Of a stretch of 64,000 bases of DNA, positions 53,135 through 64,000 are shown piece by piece. Source of the stretch: a virus (lineage: Duplodnaviria > Heunggongvirae > Uroviricota > Caudoviricetes); IMG/VR virus record IMGVR_UViG_2939142107_000001, positions 1 to 64,000 of that record. One strand, written 5' to 3'. Every line of letters starts with the position of its first letter. The stretch's first letter is position 1. A model generated the notes under the pieces. The model did not search any database. It was not told the origin of the DNA and saw only the letters and a list, made by a program, of their open reading frames with translations. The position numbers and the translations under genes are program-made.

Positions 53135-53695
53135 TTAGTGCATGATGTTTGCCATCTCATAAGCGTCAGCCAGCAACTCCATCTCTGACTTGTTCAGCAA
53201 GGTGAATTCTTTCTTGCCTCCAACCACACCATCGGCATGAACAGGGACCAGCCAGGGGTATTTTTCTCTTACTTCAGCCGGTGCTGCATGCTGGTGGTGC
53301 CATCTACAAAGTGGCAATTGCTTTTTGTGACAACCAGGCGCGGTACGACCGGAGATATGGTGCAGAGACACCTCTTCAGATATTACTCCATGCATATAGC
53401 AGGCAATGCAGGGGAGAGCACCAAGAGCATTGGCTATGCGCCGCTCCTCCGCCGTCGGTGTTCGTCCCTTCAAGCCACGAGATTTTATTTTTACCGCGCT
53501 TTTCCGCGTTTTGCTGGCTGGTGGGCGCTCTTTCTGTTTAGCGATACGGCGGTCGATAGTATTCCGCATTTTCTGATATTGAGATTCTCGCCAGGCCGGA
53601 TCAGCCAACTTCTCCCGTTGCCGAGCGATCGCTCGTTCTCTGGCTGCCTTCTGCCACTTACGGTGCTGTTCAATTTTTTGTTCGATTGTTTTCAT
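53135..53695 (-). CDS. ref: Ref (HNH-type endonuclease, recombination enhancement function)
   Basis: 186 aa from the internal ATG at 53695; His/Cys-rich HNH-like region (CIACYMHGV...HHISGRTAPGCHKKQLPLCRWHHQ); operator-like site upstream; position next to cre as in P1. Confidence 0.7.
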   Translation of the reverse strand: MKTIEQKIEQHRKWQKAARERAIARQREKLADPAWRESQYQKMRNTIDRRIAKQKERPPASKTRKSAVKIKSRGLKGRTPTAEERRIANALGALPCIACYMHGVISEEVSLHHISGRTAPGCHKKQLPLCRWHHQHAAPAEVREKYPWLVPVHADGVVGGKKEFTLLNKSEMELLADAYEMANIMH

Positions 53696-53793
53696 ATGGC
53701 AAAAAAAAGGCGGCCTGATGGCCGCCAATGATGTCAAGGAGTTAAGTAATGGCAACGTCTTCGTAGTTGACAAAAACTGCGGCTCAATTATAG

Positions 53794-53810
53794 CAATCAA
53801 TTAGAGCAAT
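53794..53810 (-). promoter_or_regulatory. C1 operator-like site upstream of ref
   Basis: Core ATTGCTCTAAT on the minus strand; partial match to the 17-mer. Confidence 0.45.
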
Positions 53811-53941
53811 GGTAGATATTTTGTTTATCGCGAATCACATTTTTTCACTTCAGTACCTGTGTGCTATACTCCTTCTTGATTGATTGGATGCGGAATACAA
53901 ACCCGCTCTTTTGTGCAGCCTGGCTCCTTGCCAGGCTTTTT

Positions 53942-54253
53942 TTATTTCATCATGGAAGCTGTTAATGCTTTGGACCTTGCTGAACTGATTGAGAGGGCTT
54001 TGTCAACGTGCCCCAAAAATTCGCCAAACTCAGACATCACTTTAGCAAAACCGCGCCGTGCTTCTTCCTCGGTGGCATTCATCACGAAATGTTCAGCACT
54101 ACGCATACTTCTGACAGGGAACGCAACGGATATTGAGTCAATATCAGGCATTCTATCGCTCAGCTTTACAGTGACAATGACGGCTGGCGACTGAATATTA
54201 GTGCTCACTGACAGCACTACATATTTTCCGTCGATGTTGAAATTCTTTCTCAT
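53942..54253 (-). CDS. Small protein between cre and ref (P1 cra position)
   Basis: 103-aa ORF; an operator-like core (ATTGCTCTAAT) lies upstream at 54269-54285. Confidence 0.45.
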   Translation of the reverse strand: MRKNFNIDGKYVVLSVSTNIQSPAVIVTVKLSDRMPDIDSISVAFPVRSMRSAEHFVMNATEEEARRGFAKVMSEFGEFLGHVDKALSISSARSKALTASMMK

Positions 54254-54303
54254 ATGTCGCCATAAATATCAAAGAATTAGAGCAATCATTTACGCGTTAA
54301 TGG

Positions 54304-55335
54304 CTAATCGCCATCTTCCAGCAGGCGCACCATTGCCCCTGTTTCACTATCCAGGTTACGGATATAGTTCATGACAATATTTACGTTGGTCCAGCCACCA
54401 GCTTGCATGATCTCCGGTATTGAAACTCCGGCGCGGGCCATATCTCGCGCGGCTCCGACACGGGCACTGTGTCCAGACCAGGCCAGGTACCTCTGACCAG
54501 AGTCATCCTTAGCCCCGTAAATCAATCGGTGAGTTGCTTCAAAAATCCCTTCCAGGGCGCGAGTTGATAGCTGGCTGGTGGATGATGGCGAGGCAACACC
54601 ATTTTTTCTGACCCGGCAAAACAAGTAGTTATTCGGATCATCAGCCACACCAGAGACGGAAATCCATCGCTCGACCAGTTTAGTTACCCCCAGGCTAAGT
54701 GCCTTCTCTACACCTGCGGTGCTAACCAGCGTTTTCGTTCTGCCAATATGGATTAACATTCTCCCACCGTCAGTACGTGAGATATCTTTAACCCTGATCC
54801 TGGCAATTTCGGCTATACGTAACAGGGTGTTATAAGCAATCCCCAGAAATGCCAGATTACGTATATCCTGGCAGCGATCGCTATTTTCTATGAGTGAACG
54901 AACCTGGTCGAAATCAGTGCGTTCGAACGCCAGTGCCTGTTTTGCACGTTCACCGGCATCAACGTTTTCTTTTCGGATCCGCCGCATGACCAGTGAAACA
55001 GCATTGCTGTCACTTGGTCGTGGCAGCCCGGACCGACGATGAAGCATGTTTAGCTGGCCCAAATGTTGCTGGATAGTTTTTACTGCCAGACCGCGCGCCT
55101 GAAGATATAGAAGATAATCGCGAACATCTTCAGGTTCTGCGGGAAACCATTTCCGGTTATTCAACTTGCACCATGCCGCCCACGACCGGCAAACGGACAG
55201 AAGCATTTTCCAGGTATGCTCAGAAAACGCCTGGCGATCCCTGAACATGTCCATCAGGTTCTTGCGAACCTCATCACTCGTTGCATCGACCGGTAATGCA
55301 GGCAAATTTTGGTGTACGGTCAGTAAATTGGACAT
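54304..55335 (-). CDS. cre: Cre site-specific tyrosine recombinase
   Basis: 343-aa protein MSNLLTVHQNLPALPVDATSDEVRKNLMDMFRDRQAFSEHTWKMLLSVCRSWAAWCKLNNRKWFPAEPEDVRDYLLYLQARGLAVKTIQQHLGQLNMLHRRSGLPRPSDSNAVSLVMRRIRKEN... recognised as P1 Cre; loxP lies about 410 bp upstream. Confidence 0.97.
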   Translation of the reverse strand: MSNLLTVHQNLPALPVDATSDEVRKNLMDMFRDRQAFSEHTWKMLLSVCRSWAAWCKLNNRKWFPAEPEDVRDYLLYLQARGLAVKTIQQHLGQLNMLHRRSGLPRPSDSNAVSLVMRRIRKENVDAGERAKQALAFERTDFDQVRSLIENSDRCQDIRNLAFLGIAYNTLLRIAEIARIRVKDISRTDGGRMLIHIGRTKTLVSTAGVEKALSLGVTKLVERWISVSGVADDPNNYLFCRVRKNGVASPSSTSQLSTRALEGIFEATHRLIYGAKDDSGQRYLAWSGHSARVGAARDMARAGVSIPEIMQAGGWTNVNIVMNYIRNLDSETGAMVRLLEDGD

Positions 55336-55342
55336 TTAACAC

Positions 55343-55564
55343 TCAGATAATGGTTTTAAGTAAAGTGTACAGGATCGGCTCTGCCTTTACCTGTTTATGG
55401 TTCTCGTCATAGAAACGCCAGCGACCGCGCGTGCGTTCTATTTTCTCTTCACCGCGCGATAATGACAGTTGACAACTATCACGATCAAACCCTTTTGCCC
55501 GCCAGTAACCACGGTTTTTCTCAAGCTCAAGATGAGTGGACACTTTAGCAGCTGAATATCCCAT
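55343..55564 (-). CDS. Possible small ORF (73 aa) between loxP and cre
   Basis: ORF only; may be non-coding leader. Confidence 0.2.
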   Translation of the reverse strand: MGYSAAKVSTHLELEKNRGYWRAKGFDRDSCQLSLSRGEEKIERTRGRWRFYDENHKQVKAEPILYTLLKTII

Positions 55565-55744
55565 TTTTCACCTCTGATTGATTGGTGGTGCTAAGTGCGC
55601 TACGCGAAATCTGGAGCACTAACACTGCCAACATTTCGCAGATTTTACGTAGCGCAACCTTGATCAAATGATCACTATTTGACCTGTAAGGTATTGAACT
55701 GTATGGATTTACAGGTAAATTGATCATGTTCAATAACCCTTTAG

Positions 55745-55778
55745 ATAACTTCGTATAATGTATGCTATACGAAGTTAT
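55745..55778 (+). other. loxP: loxP recombination site (ATAACTTCGTATA-ATGTATGC-TATACGAAGTTAT)
   Basis: Exact 34-bp loxP read directly: two 13-bp inverted repeats around the asymmetric 8-bp spacer. Confidence 0.98.
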
Positions 55779-55821
55779 TAGGTCTGAAGAGGAGTTTACG
55801 TCCAGCTGCGCATAAAAATCA

Positions 55822-55838
55822 ATAATTATTAGAGCAAT
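55822..55838 (-). promoter_or_regulatory. C1 operator (Op99-type)
   Basis: Plus strand ATAATTATTAGAGCAAT; 15/17 match on the minus strand. Confidence 0.6.
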
Positions 55839-55898
55839 AAATTTTGAGAGAAAAATCCCACTCCACCAGCCAAAAACTGGATTGTTTTTCATAGTTGT

Positions 55899-55925
55899 TT
55901 GACAATTGCTCTAATAAATTATAGT
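55899..55925 (+). promoter_or_regulatory. C1-operator-overlapping promoter directed toward coi-c1: -35 TTGACA, operator ATTGCTCTAATAAATTA (55905-55921), -10 TATAGT
   Basis: Read directly; operator is 16/17 to consensus; spacer about 15 nt. Confidence 0.6.
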
Positions 55926-56080
55926 TTTGCCGCCGTTTCGTAATACGACTTTGGATTCACTATTTAATGTGTCTTCAGCGTTGTAGAGCGGCTCAGAAGG
56001 AAATGAGCAAACAGGGAAACCTTATACAACGGCATTACAGCTATGCATTGCTCATCTTACACACAGCGCAATGTTGTTAG

Positions 56081-57275
<1,195 letters not shown>

Positions 57276-57358
57276 TTAGATTACCCCAGCATGGATCATG
57301 GGTGAAACAGTAGGTCAGAGCTTCAGGCTCTGTGTTGTCAATACAGTGAGGCATAATT

Positions 57359-57568
57359 ATGGCTTTCATTCCACCAACCATCGACGACGTTAGACATTGC
57401 TCTAACGCTTTATCTGTAGACCCCGCCGAAACCGACGCTGCCCGCGCCATTGCTGAACACTACTCAAAGATATCCAATCAGGAGTACCGCATCACCCAAG
57501 ACGACCTGGATGATCTCACTGACACAATCGAATATCTCATGGCCACTAACCAGCCAGACTCACAATAA
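57359..57568 (+). CDS. coi: Coi (C1 inactivator)
   Basis: 69-aa ORF immediately upstream of c1; size and position match P1 Coi. Confidence 0.8.
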   Translation: MAFIPPTIDDVRHCSNALSVDPAETDAARAIAEHYSKISNQEYRITQDDLDDLTDTIEYLMATNQPDSQ

Positions 57569-57678
57569 ATGCACTAATAAATCTATTATTTTCGTTGGAT
57601 CCTTCTATAATGGTGGCCAACAACTCCCAGTGTAATCCGCTGTGAGTTGTTGGCCATGTCAATTCTGGAGGAGGATCA

Positions 57679-58530
57679 ATGATAAATTATGTCTACGGCG
57701 AACAACTGTACCAGGAGTTCGTCAGCTTCAGGGATCTCTTTCTAAAAAAAGCTGTTGCACGCGCCCAACACGTTGATGCCGCCAGCGACGGTCGTCCTGT
57801 TCGCCCGGTTGTCGTTCTGCCGTTCAAAGAAACGGACAGCATTCAGGCTGAAATTGATAAATGGACTTTAATGGCGCGGGAACTGGAACAGTACCCAGAC
57901 CTCAATATCCCAAAGACTATTTTATATCCAGTGCCTAACATCCTTCGCGGTGTGCGTAAGGTTACTACTTATCAGACAGAAGCTGTGAACAGCGTCAACA
58001 TGACCGCTGGCCGCATTATTCATCTGATTGATAAGGACATTCGCATCCAGAAAAGCGCGGGGATCAATGAGCACAGTGCGAAATACATAGAGAACCTGGA
58101 AGCAACAAAAGAGCTAATGAAGCAGTACCCGGAGGATGAAAAATTCCGTATGCGTGTACACGGCTTTAGCGAAACAATGCTGCGCGTCCATTACATTTCC
58201 AGTAGCCCTAACTACAATGATGGTAAATCAGTTAGTTACCATGTGCCGCTGTGTGGTGTGTTTATCTGCGATGAAACTCTCCGTGATGGAATCATCATCA
58301 ACGGTGAATTCGAGAAAGCAAAATTTAGCCTTTATGACTCTATAGAACCGATCATCTGCGACCGCTGGCCGCAGGCAAAAATATATCGCCTGGCAGATAT
58401 TGAAAATGTAAAAAAACAAATTGCCATCACTCGCGAAGAGAAAAAGGTCAAATCAGCCGCATCAGTTACGCGCAGCCGTAAAACTAAGAAGGGGCAGCCA
58501 GTAAACAGCAACCCCGAAAGCGCGCAATAG
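57679..58530 (+). CDS. c1: C1 repressor of lytic functions
   Basis: 283-aa protein MINYVYGEQLYQEFVSFRDLFLKKAVARAQHVDAASDGRPVRP... recognised as P1 C1; the window contains multiple copies of its 17-bp operator. Confidence 0.93.
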   Translation: MINYVYGEQLYQEFVSFRDLFLKKAVARAQHVDAASDGRPVRPVVVLPFKETDSIQAEIDKWTLMARELEQYPDLNIPKTILYPVPNILRGVRKVTTYQTEAVNSVNMTAGRIIHLIDKDIRIQKSAGINEHSAKYIENLEATKELMKQYPEDEKFRMRVHGFSETMLRVHYISSSPNYNDGKSVSYHVPLCGVFICDETLRDGIIINGEFEKAKFSLYDSIEPIICDRWPQAKIYRLADIENVKKQIAITREEKKVKSAASVTRSRKTKKGQPVNSNPESAQ

Positions 58531-58555
58531 TTTTCCATCCGGCATGGTCAAATTG

Positions 58556-60040
58556 TTATTCATTAAGCCATGCCAGAGCTTCATCAACCTGCGCTTCGTC
58601 TTCGACGCTAAGCACTTCATCTTGGGGAACATAGTTCGCCAACATAGCGAAACAATATGTATCCCAATGGTCCGGTGAGTGCAGGTTGAGTTTTTTCTTC
58701 ATATCTTCCTTTGACATCACCTTCCATTGACCTGCGGAATTTATCCCTACCGGTATCTTTGATGCTTCCTCTATAGTCGCAGCCCCCTTATCAAGCCTCA
58801 TACGCCCTGATTTTACAGCTTCTGCCGCCTGAATATTCGCGAAAGCGCGCATATCGAAATAAAGGCTTTTATCTTCACGGCTGTGCATCTTTTTACCCCA
58901 GCGGATACGCTGGACGGTAATGCCATAGCGTTCGTACATTAGATCAGCCGTCGATTTCCCCAAGCCATCGCCATCAATAGCTATGGTTATGTTCGGGAAC
59001 CGTTCTGGGTTACATTCTGCGAAAATCTTGGCGGCTAACTGCGTTTCTGTAACGTCTGTGTATTCCAGCATACGATAGTTGATTACACGGCGTTTATTTC
59101 GCTGGCCGGACACCATCATGATATTAATAACGGACTTATCTCGTCCTGTGCCACCAGCAACGTCAACACATGCAACCCAGCCCCATCCTTTGGCAATCTT
59201 GACCTTTCGCCGCGTCGCCCGCTCAACCTCATCACGACCAAGAAGAAAGCCATCTTGAGATTTGGGAAATTCACCACGTACTTTGATCATGTACATGGGG
59301 TTATCACGACCGCCATACTCCGCAAGTTTTGCTCGTATAAATTTTGCATCTACAAGCGGAGATTCTTCACTATTCAGTATTATCGCAGTAAACAATCCAT
59401 CAGGATTTCCCGGGCGAATAGCTAGTCTGTGGTGTGAATCGTAGAAATAGCCTGAAGGTCGCGTAGGCTGGGAAAGAAGCAGAATACGGTTATCCTTACC
59501 GGTCAGCGCACCTGTTATCACACTGAATGCTTTATCACTCACACCCGACGCTTCGTCGATGATATACAAGAGATGATCGGCGTGTTCACCAGCCAACGCC
59601 TCCTCATTTCCGGGGCGACAGGACTTTATCAATATTGTCCAAACACCCTTGCCAGTCACCTCAAAAAAAGACGTTTCTGTAAGAATGAAATACTTCGACA
59701 ACCACGGGAATCTGCTAACAGCAGTAGCCCAATTGCTCTTTATGTATTTGAAAATACCATCAAGGACTTGCTGTCTTTTGTTAGCGACCAGAATGACGCG
59801 AGCGCCGGGGAAAAACATGATGAAGAGTATTGCAATGATACTCGTCATATCCGATTTACCAGTACCATGGCCGGAGGTCACACTTGTCCAACTGCCGTCC
59901 TGCTGCGTGGACTCAATGATCTCATCCTGCTGCCAGGTTGGTGTCTTCCCAAACAACACATCAGCGGCCGCAATCCAGTCATAACGATATAGCGCCACCA
60001 GCTCGCGCCAACGTGGGTCCGTTACGCAACTTCTGGCCAT
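58556..60040 (-). CDS. pacB: Terminase large subunit PacB
   Basis: 494-aa ORF downstream of pacA with overlapping stop/start; ATPase-like Walker A region (SGHGTGKS); size matches P1 PacB. Confidence 0.8.
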
Positions 60041-61233
60041 TAATCATCATCCCCGTACAGTTTGCGGGTAACTTCTTCGTCTTCCTCCTCGTCTTCGTCC
60101 AGATCCTGTTCAAGCCATGCTTCGTTTGATATGCCTTCCGCATCGACATCACCATAACCACCTGTATCGACGATATCGGCAATTTCTTCTCTACGATGCT
60201 CAATCCACAATGCCGCATCAGCGCGGCGGCTGGCGGCCCGTTCTCGCGCGATTTTATCCAGATCTTCAAGTGATGGAGCGCCAGATGCTGTTTGGTTTTC
60301 CTCATCATCGGTATTGGTCTTAGGAGCACGCAGATCGGCTTTGATTTGCTCCAGCATCAGGGGCGGCACTTTTCCTCCATGCGCCTCGATGAATTCAGCC
60401 GCTTCCAGCACTGACCAGTTATTTTCACGCTTTCGTTCGTATGCCAGCTTAACAATGCCAGCTTGCCCCATAGATAAAGCGTGCTTTTCCGCCTCCCGGC
60501 TTTCTTTTCGATAGTTATTCCGGATGCTGTAAATGGTGTTGATCAGGCTGCTTATCTGCGCGGAACAGCTGTTTAGCATGCTCGCGATACGGTATTCAGG
60601 CGGAGTACCTTCATCATCGTCTTTTTGCTGATCGCGCATTTCCTGCACTAGGCGAATACACGTATCCCTGGCGTTCTCCAGCATAAGGAGATGAGAAAGA
60701 GACTTTTCCAGAAGAGTGGTTTCCAGAACATCGGCCCCGGACCGACGCAACATAGCGCGCGCGGCCTTCCGCGCTTCAACGTTATCTATCAGGTAATCGC
60801 CAGCTTCGAATTCAAAGCGTTCACCATCATCATCCAGGGTGTCGCGTTCCAGGCGATCACGTAAGGTCCGGTGGGCGCGGGTGATCACGTCATGATCATC
60901 TGAACGATCATTTATGCGCTTATTTTGGCGCTTCGCATTCTCGACTGCGGCACTGACAACGGCATTAACTCTTTGTTTTTCCGCTATTTCAGCCGAAATG
61001 TGATCACCTGCATGTTGATCATTAGAGTGATCAATGATCATGCTTTTTAGTGGCTTCCTGACTGGCTTATTTGGCTTGCGGCTGTCCGTAGTCCTGGTGT
61101 CTTCTTTGAAGGCACGGAGATAACGACGTGCGGTATTAGGGTTAAGATTAAACTCGGCGGCATACTGTGCGATGGTGTAACCACCATCTCGCGCCAGGCG
61201 AGCAAAATTCTTCTTGTGATCGTCCCAGGTCAC
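60040..61233 (-). CDS. pacA: Terminase small/pac-recognition subunit PacA (contains the pac site)
   Basis: 397-aa ORF with GTG start; highly acidic C-terminus; pac hexamer clusters lie in its 5' part. Confidence 0.8.
60853..61040. other. pac: pac packaging site: two clusters of Dam-methylatable TGATCA/CGATCA hexamers
   Basis: Hexamers at 60853, 60882, 60893, 60905 and at 61001, 61016, 61028, 61035; matches the 4+3 hexanucleotide architecture known for P1 pac. Confidence 0.75.
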
Positions 61234-61318
61234 TTATGCTTCCTTTCGTAAAAACTCTTTTTGACGCGAGGGTAACGAAAGTCACATGTCAAAAGGCCCG
61301 GAACGGGCAAGCAATCAA

Positions 61319-61771
61319 TCAGATACGTGCGGATGTGGCATTACCGTAATGACGGTGCTGACGGGCCACCTTATTGAAAAGTTGACGCGCCATTACCCAA
61401 GGCTGGTGCTCCCGGCGTTCCTTTTCGTCCTGCGTCATATAGAGTTCGTTCTGGAGTTTTTCATCAAACCGGCGCGGAGCGCGGCTACGGCGAAAGAATT
61501 CAGGATTCAGAGAGTGGATCTGAAATCTACGTGGGCGTGTACTGTCATCTATCAAAACAGACGAATACTTAGACACAGCGATAGCCTTTAAGCGCAGATA
61601 AACATCGCGCTTATCGACATCCAGATGCGGGTATTCCTTTTCAAGAATTGCTGCGAGTTCTTTCGCTGATAGAAGAGATTTAGTGCGGATCATGTAATCC
61701 GCAATCTCGTACGATGTTATTCGTGAGTGATTTATTTCCATGAAGTGGCGTCCCTGCCAGTTAAGTAACAT
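61319..61771 (-). CDS. lpa: Late promoter activator Lpa (gene 10 position)
   Basis: 150-aa ORF directly upstream of pacA with a C1 operator about 75 bp upstream; assignment by synteny. Confidence 0.55.
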   Translation of the reverse strand: MLLNWQGRHFMEINHSRITSYEIADYMIRTKSLLSAKELAAILEKEYPHLDVDKRDVYLRLKAIAVSKYSSVLIDDSTRPRRFQIHSLNPEFFRRSRAPRRFDEKLQNELYMTQDEKERREHQPWVMARQLFNKVARQHRHYGNATSARI

Positions 61772-61841
61772 CCTGTCACCTACTGATTAGCCCATGTCAA
61801 CTAATCAACGTGGAATATAATACCCTAGATTAAAGAAATAG

Positions 61842-61858
61842 CAATACATTAGAGCAAT
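61842..61858 (-). promoter_or_regulatory. C1 operator-like site upstream of lpa
   Basis: Minus strand ATTGCTCTAATGTATTG. Confidence 0.55.
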
Positions 61859-61859
61859 T

Positions 61860-62903
61860 TTATCTAACACTCGACGAATGACTTGTGATAACGCCCACTC
61901 CAAGCGCGTAATCAAAGAACAATCGTTGATGCATCGCCAACCTACCGTGCGTCTTCTCCCAATTATCGCGGTCACGCTCAATATCACGCTGGCATGACTG
62001 GCACAGAGGAATTGCGTAAATGTCATGCGCGCATAATCGACTATGACGAACGATATAAGGCGTAATGTGAGCGCCAGCTCCCGCAGCTCCACACCCACAG
62101 CATGGACGGGAAGCAACAAAGTCCATGTACTCAGGTAATTTTAGCGATTGCAGTTTTGGTATTTTGAAATGCGCCATGCCAGGGTCGGAGTCAACATCCA
62201 CAGGGCATACTTTTGCACGCATCGGCGCGGCGCGTTCTTCCATCATCTGAACATATGCTGTAGCGCGATCGTCATACGGGCGAATATCCGCCTCTTTCAG
62301 AGGTCCGCTATCCTGCGGAGTAGCCTTCATCTTATTTATTGATATGCGGCAGACTTCTTCCGGCATCAGGTGCATCATGTTGCGCATGAAAGCCCACCAG
62401 CACAGCTCCTGAATACTTAAATCATGGCTATTTGAAAGGCCCATTTCCTGACGGGCGACATCCAGTATCCAGTTAACGCGATTATTGTGCAGCGTTTCTT
62501 TCAGCTCATTAAAACCACGCATCCGGTAATGGTTATCGTGATGCCAGCACAACAACACCGCGCTATTGTCTCGTTCAGCGTGGACAATATGGTTGTCACA
62601 CCAACTACGATCTGCGGCCTGGCATTGACCCTCTTTCCTACGCAACCACGCCACCAGCGCGTCAATTCCACCAATACGGCGAAACAGTTCATCGCTGTTA
62701 AAAAACGGCTGCAACGCCTCATTTGTTGCCATGGTTTGCTCGGTAACAACGAGGCCGTCTTCCATGTGCTCGATTAACTCACGCGGCACCGGCTCCATAA
62801 TAAATTTACGGCCAGCCTCCACCAGCTTTCTGACCTCCTGATCCACTTTGAACGTGGCGAGGCCAAGCTCTTTCTGTACAAATGGAGTAATTACGGCTTT
62901 CAC
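61860..62903 (-). CDS. Hypothetical Cys/His-rich protein (347 aa)
   Basis: ORF; contains [12 protein letters not shown] and several Cys/His clusters. Confidence 0.45.
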   Translation of the reverse strand: MKAVITPFVQKELGLATFKVDQEVRKLVEAGRKFIMEPVPRELIEHMEDGLVVTEQTMATNEALQPFFNSDELFRRIGGIDALVAWLRRKEGQCQAADRSWCDNHIVHAERDNSAVLLCWHHDNHYRMRGFNELKETLHNNRVNWILDVARQEMGLSNSHDLSIQELCWWAFMRNMMHLMPEEVCRISINKMKATPQDSGPLKEADIRPYDDRATAYVQMMEERAAPMRAKVCPVDVDSDPGMAHFKIPKLQSLKLPEYMDFVASRPCCGCGAAGAGAHITPYIVRHSRLCAHDIYAIPLCQSCQRDIERDRDNWEKTHGRLAMHQRLFFDYALGVGVITSHSSSVR

Positions 62904-62930
62904 ATCACACCTTTAATCACTGATTGGGCT

Positions 62931-63131
62931 TTATCTGCTGCCCGGCATTCTCTGTTTAAGCACAACCATTTCCTGACGGCATAACACAGCAATAGCTGTC
63001 CTGGCACCAATTTGCTTACCAACCAGGTATTGCTTTACCTTGCGGCGACTCACGCCATCAAGAAGCATCTTTAACGCTTCACGGGACAACTTGTTGTATT
63101 TGCGTGCCATTAATCTACTCCGCAGAACCAT
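62931..63131 (-). CDS. Hypothetical small basic protein (66 aa)
   Basis: ORF overlapping the doc stop region. Confidence 0.3.
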
Positions 63132-63495
63132 ACAATCTACGTAACGTGTCGGCGACAGAAGATACAGATATCTCGCCAGTCGCAGCGCCTACGGTAAGGT
63201 CTGCCAGTTCAGGTGAATCAAATACCTGCACCCCGTTACGGCGTAGAAATAGCAGCGCACTGTTTAGCGCGGTACGCTTATTGGCATCATTGAATATATG
63301 CCCTCTCGCTGTAGCCACCAGGTAGGTGGCGGAGACTTCGAAAAGGTCGGTGATCTCTTCGTAGGCAACTCTGGCCTGAACTCTCCCGATAATGGCCTCT
63401 GCCCTACCCGGATCAGACATTCCCGGCAGGCCGCCGTAGCGGCTTATATTCGCATCATGAAGCGCAATAAGTTCTTCCGGTGATATATGCCTCAT
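63115..63495 (-). CDS. doc: Doc toxin (Fic-fold kinase) of the phd-doc addiction module
   Basis: 126-aa protein [40 protein letters not shown]...[14 protein letters not shown]... recognised as P1 Doc. Confidence 0.9.
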
Positions 63496-63716
63496 TATCG
63501 GTTAACCAGTTCCTTGTTGGTGGAGTCCAGGGTGTCAAACAGGGATGCAAATTCAGCATCCAGCGCCGCTTTTTTGTAGGCTTCGAAAGTAGCCTTGCTG
63601 ACAATTACTGCTGGCTCACGGCCTCTGCGGGTGATTTCAACCTCTTCCCCGGCTTCAACATTGTTGAGCACTTCAGAAAGGTTGCCACGCGCGGTACGGA
63701 AGTTAATGGATTGCAT
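63495..63716 (-). CDS. phd: Phd antitoxin
   Basis: 73 aa from [52 protein letters not shown]...; stop overlaps the doc start. Confidence 0.88.
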
Positions 63717-63788
63717 AAACACCTCGTGTACTCGTTATGTGTACACAATTATAAACTTCACAGGCATAAAGCACCAGCCCTTTGCAGC

Positions 63789-63992
63789 TTAAATAACCGG
63801 ACAATCATCAAACTCCCCACTTCTGGCATCATTGATGACATGAGTGATCACACCAAAAACAGCATTACTGCCCGTGTATCCATCGTCATCTACTGGTAAC
63901 GCCTCTTTCTTCCCGGTGCTTAAATCCTCCAGGTGCTGGCGCGGATACTTCCTGTATCTCTTTATGCGATATTCACCCTCCATAGCGCACAC
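63789..63992 (-). CDS. Hypothetical protein upstream of phd
   Basis: 67-aa ORF starting near the window edge. Confidence 0.3.
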   Translation of the reverse strand: MCAMEGEYRIKRYRKYPRQHLEDLSTGKKEALPVDDDGYTGSNAVFGVITHVINDARSGEFDDCPVI

Positions 63993-64000
63993 AAGCAGAG

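Noticed and set aside
53699-53800. Longer 221-aa form of Ref starting at 53800
   Set aside because: The internal ATG at 53695 gives a 186-aa protein matching the known size of Ref; the extension would run over the operator/promoter region.

Overview
This window is a near-complete stretch of a P1-like temperate phage-plasmid (Punavirus-type), read here in reverse orientation to the usual P1 map. Identifications rest on recognisable protein sequences (Cre, C1, IS5 InsH, SSB, SAR endolysin, Doc/Phd), exact sites (loxP, parS boxes, pac hexamers, IS5 inverted repeats) and on size and synteny with P1 recalled from memory; no database search was run. Going left to right: the plasmid maintenance unit (repA, incA iterons, parA, parB, parS); head and contractile-tail genes; the C1-controlled lytic replicon (kilA-repL plus two downstream genes); immunity region I (ant, icd, c4 region); a tail block (sit, baseplate, R-S-U tail fibre); lysis and Dar antirestriction genes (lydA/lydB, hdf-darA-ddrA-ddrB, ssb, lyz, pro, prt, darB); then ref, cre-loxP, the immC region (coi-c1) with an IS5 insertion, pacA/pacB with the pac site, lpa and phd-doc. 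The most interesting departure from P1 is at 50.6-52.3 kb: where P1 carries the EcoP1I res-mod genes, this element has a short AT-rich, translationally coupled two-gene operon with its own promoter. One product has the motif pattern of a nucleoside 2-deoxyribosyltransferase/Rcl-like fold and the other has no recognisable family, making this a candidate uncharacterised defence or abortive-infection module. Other notable differences are an IS5 with TTAG target duplication between the C1-operator promoter and coi-c1, a mosaic tail fibre with 40-aa repeats and a glycine-rich C-terminus but no cin invertible segment, and an AT-rich lipoprotein plus secreted coiled-coil gene pair where P1 carries sim.
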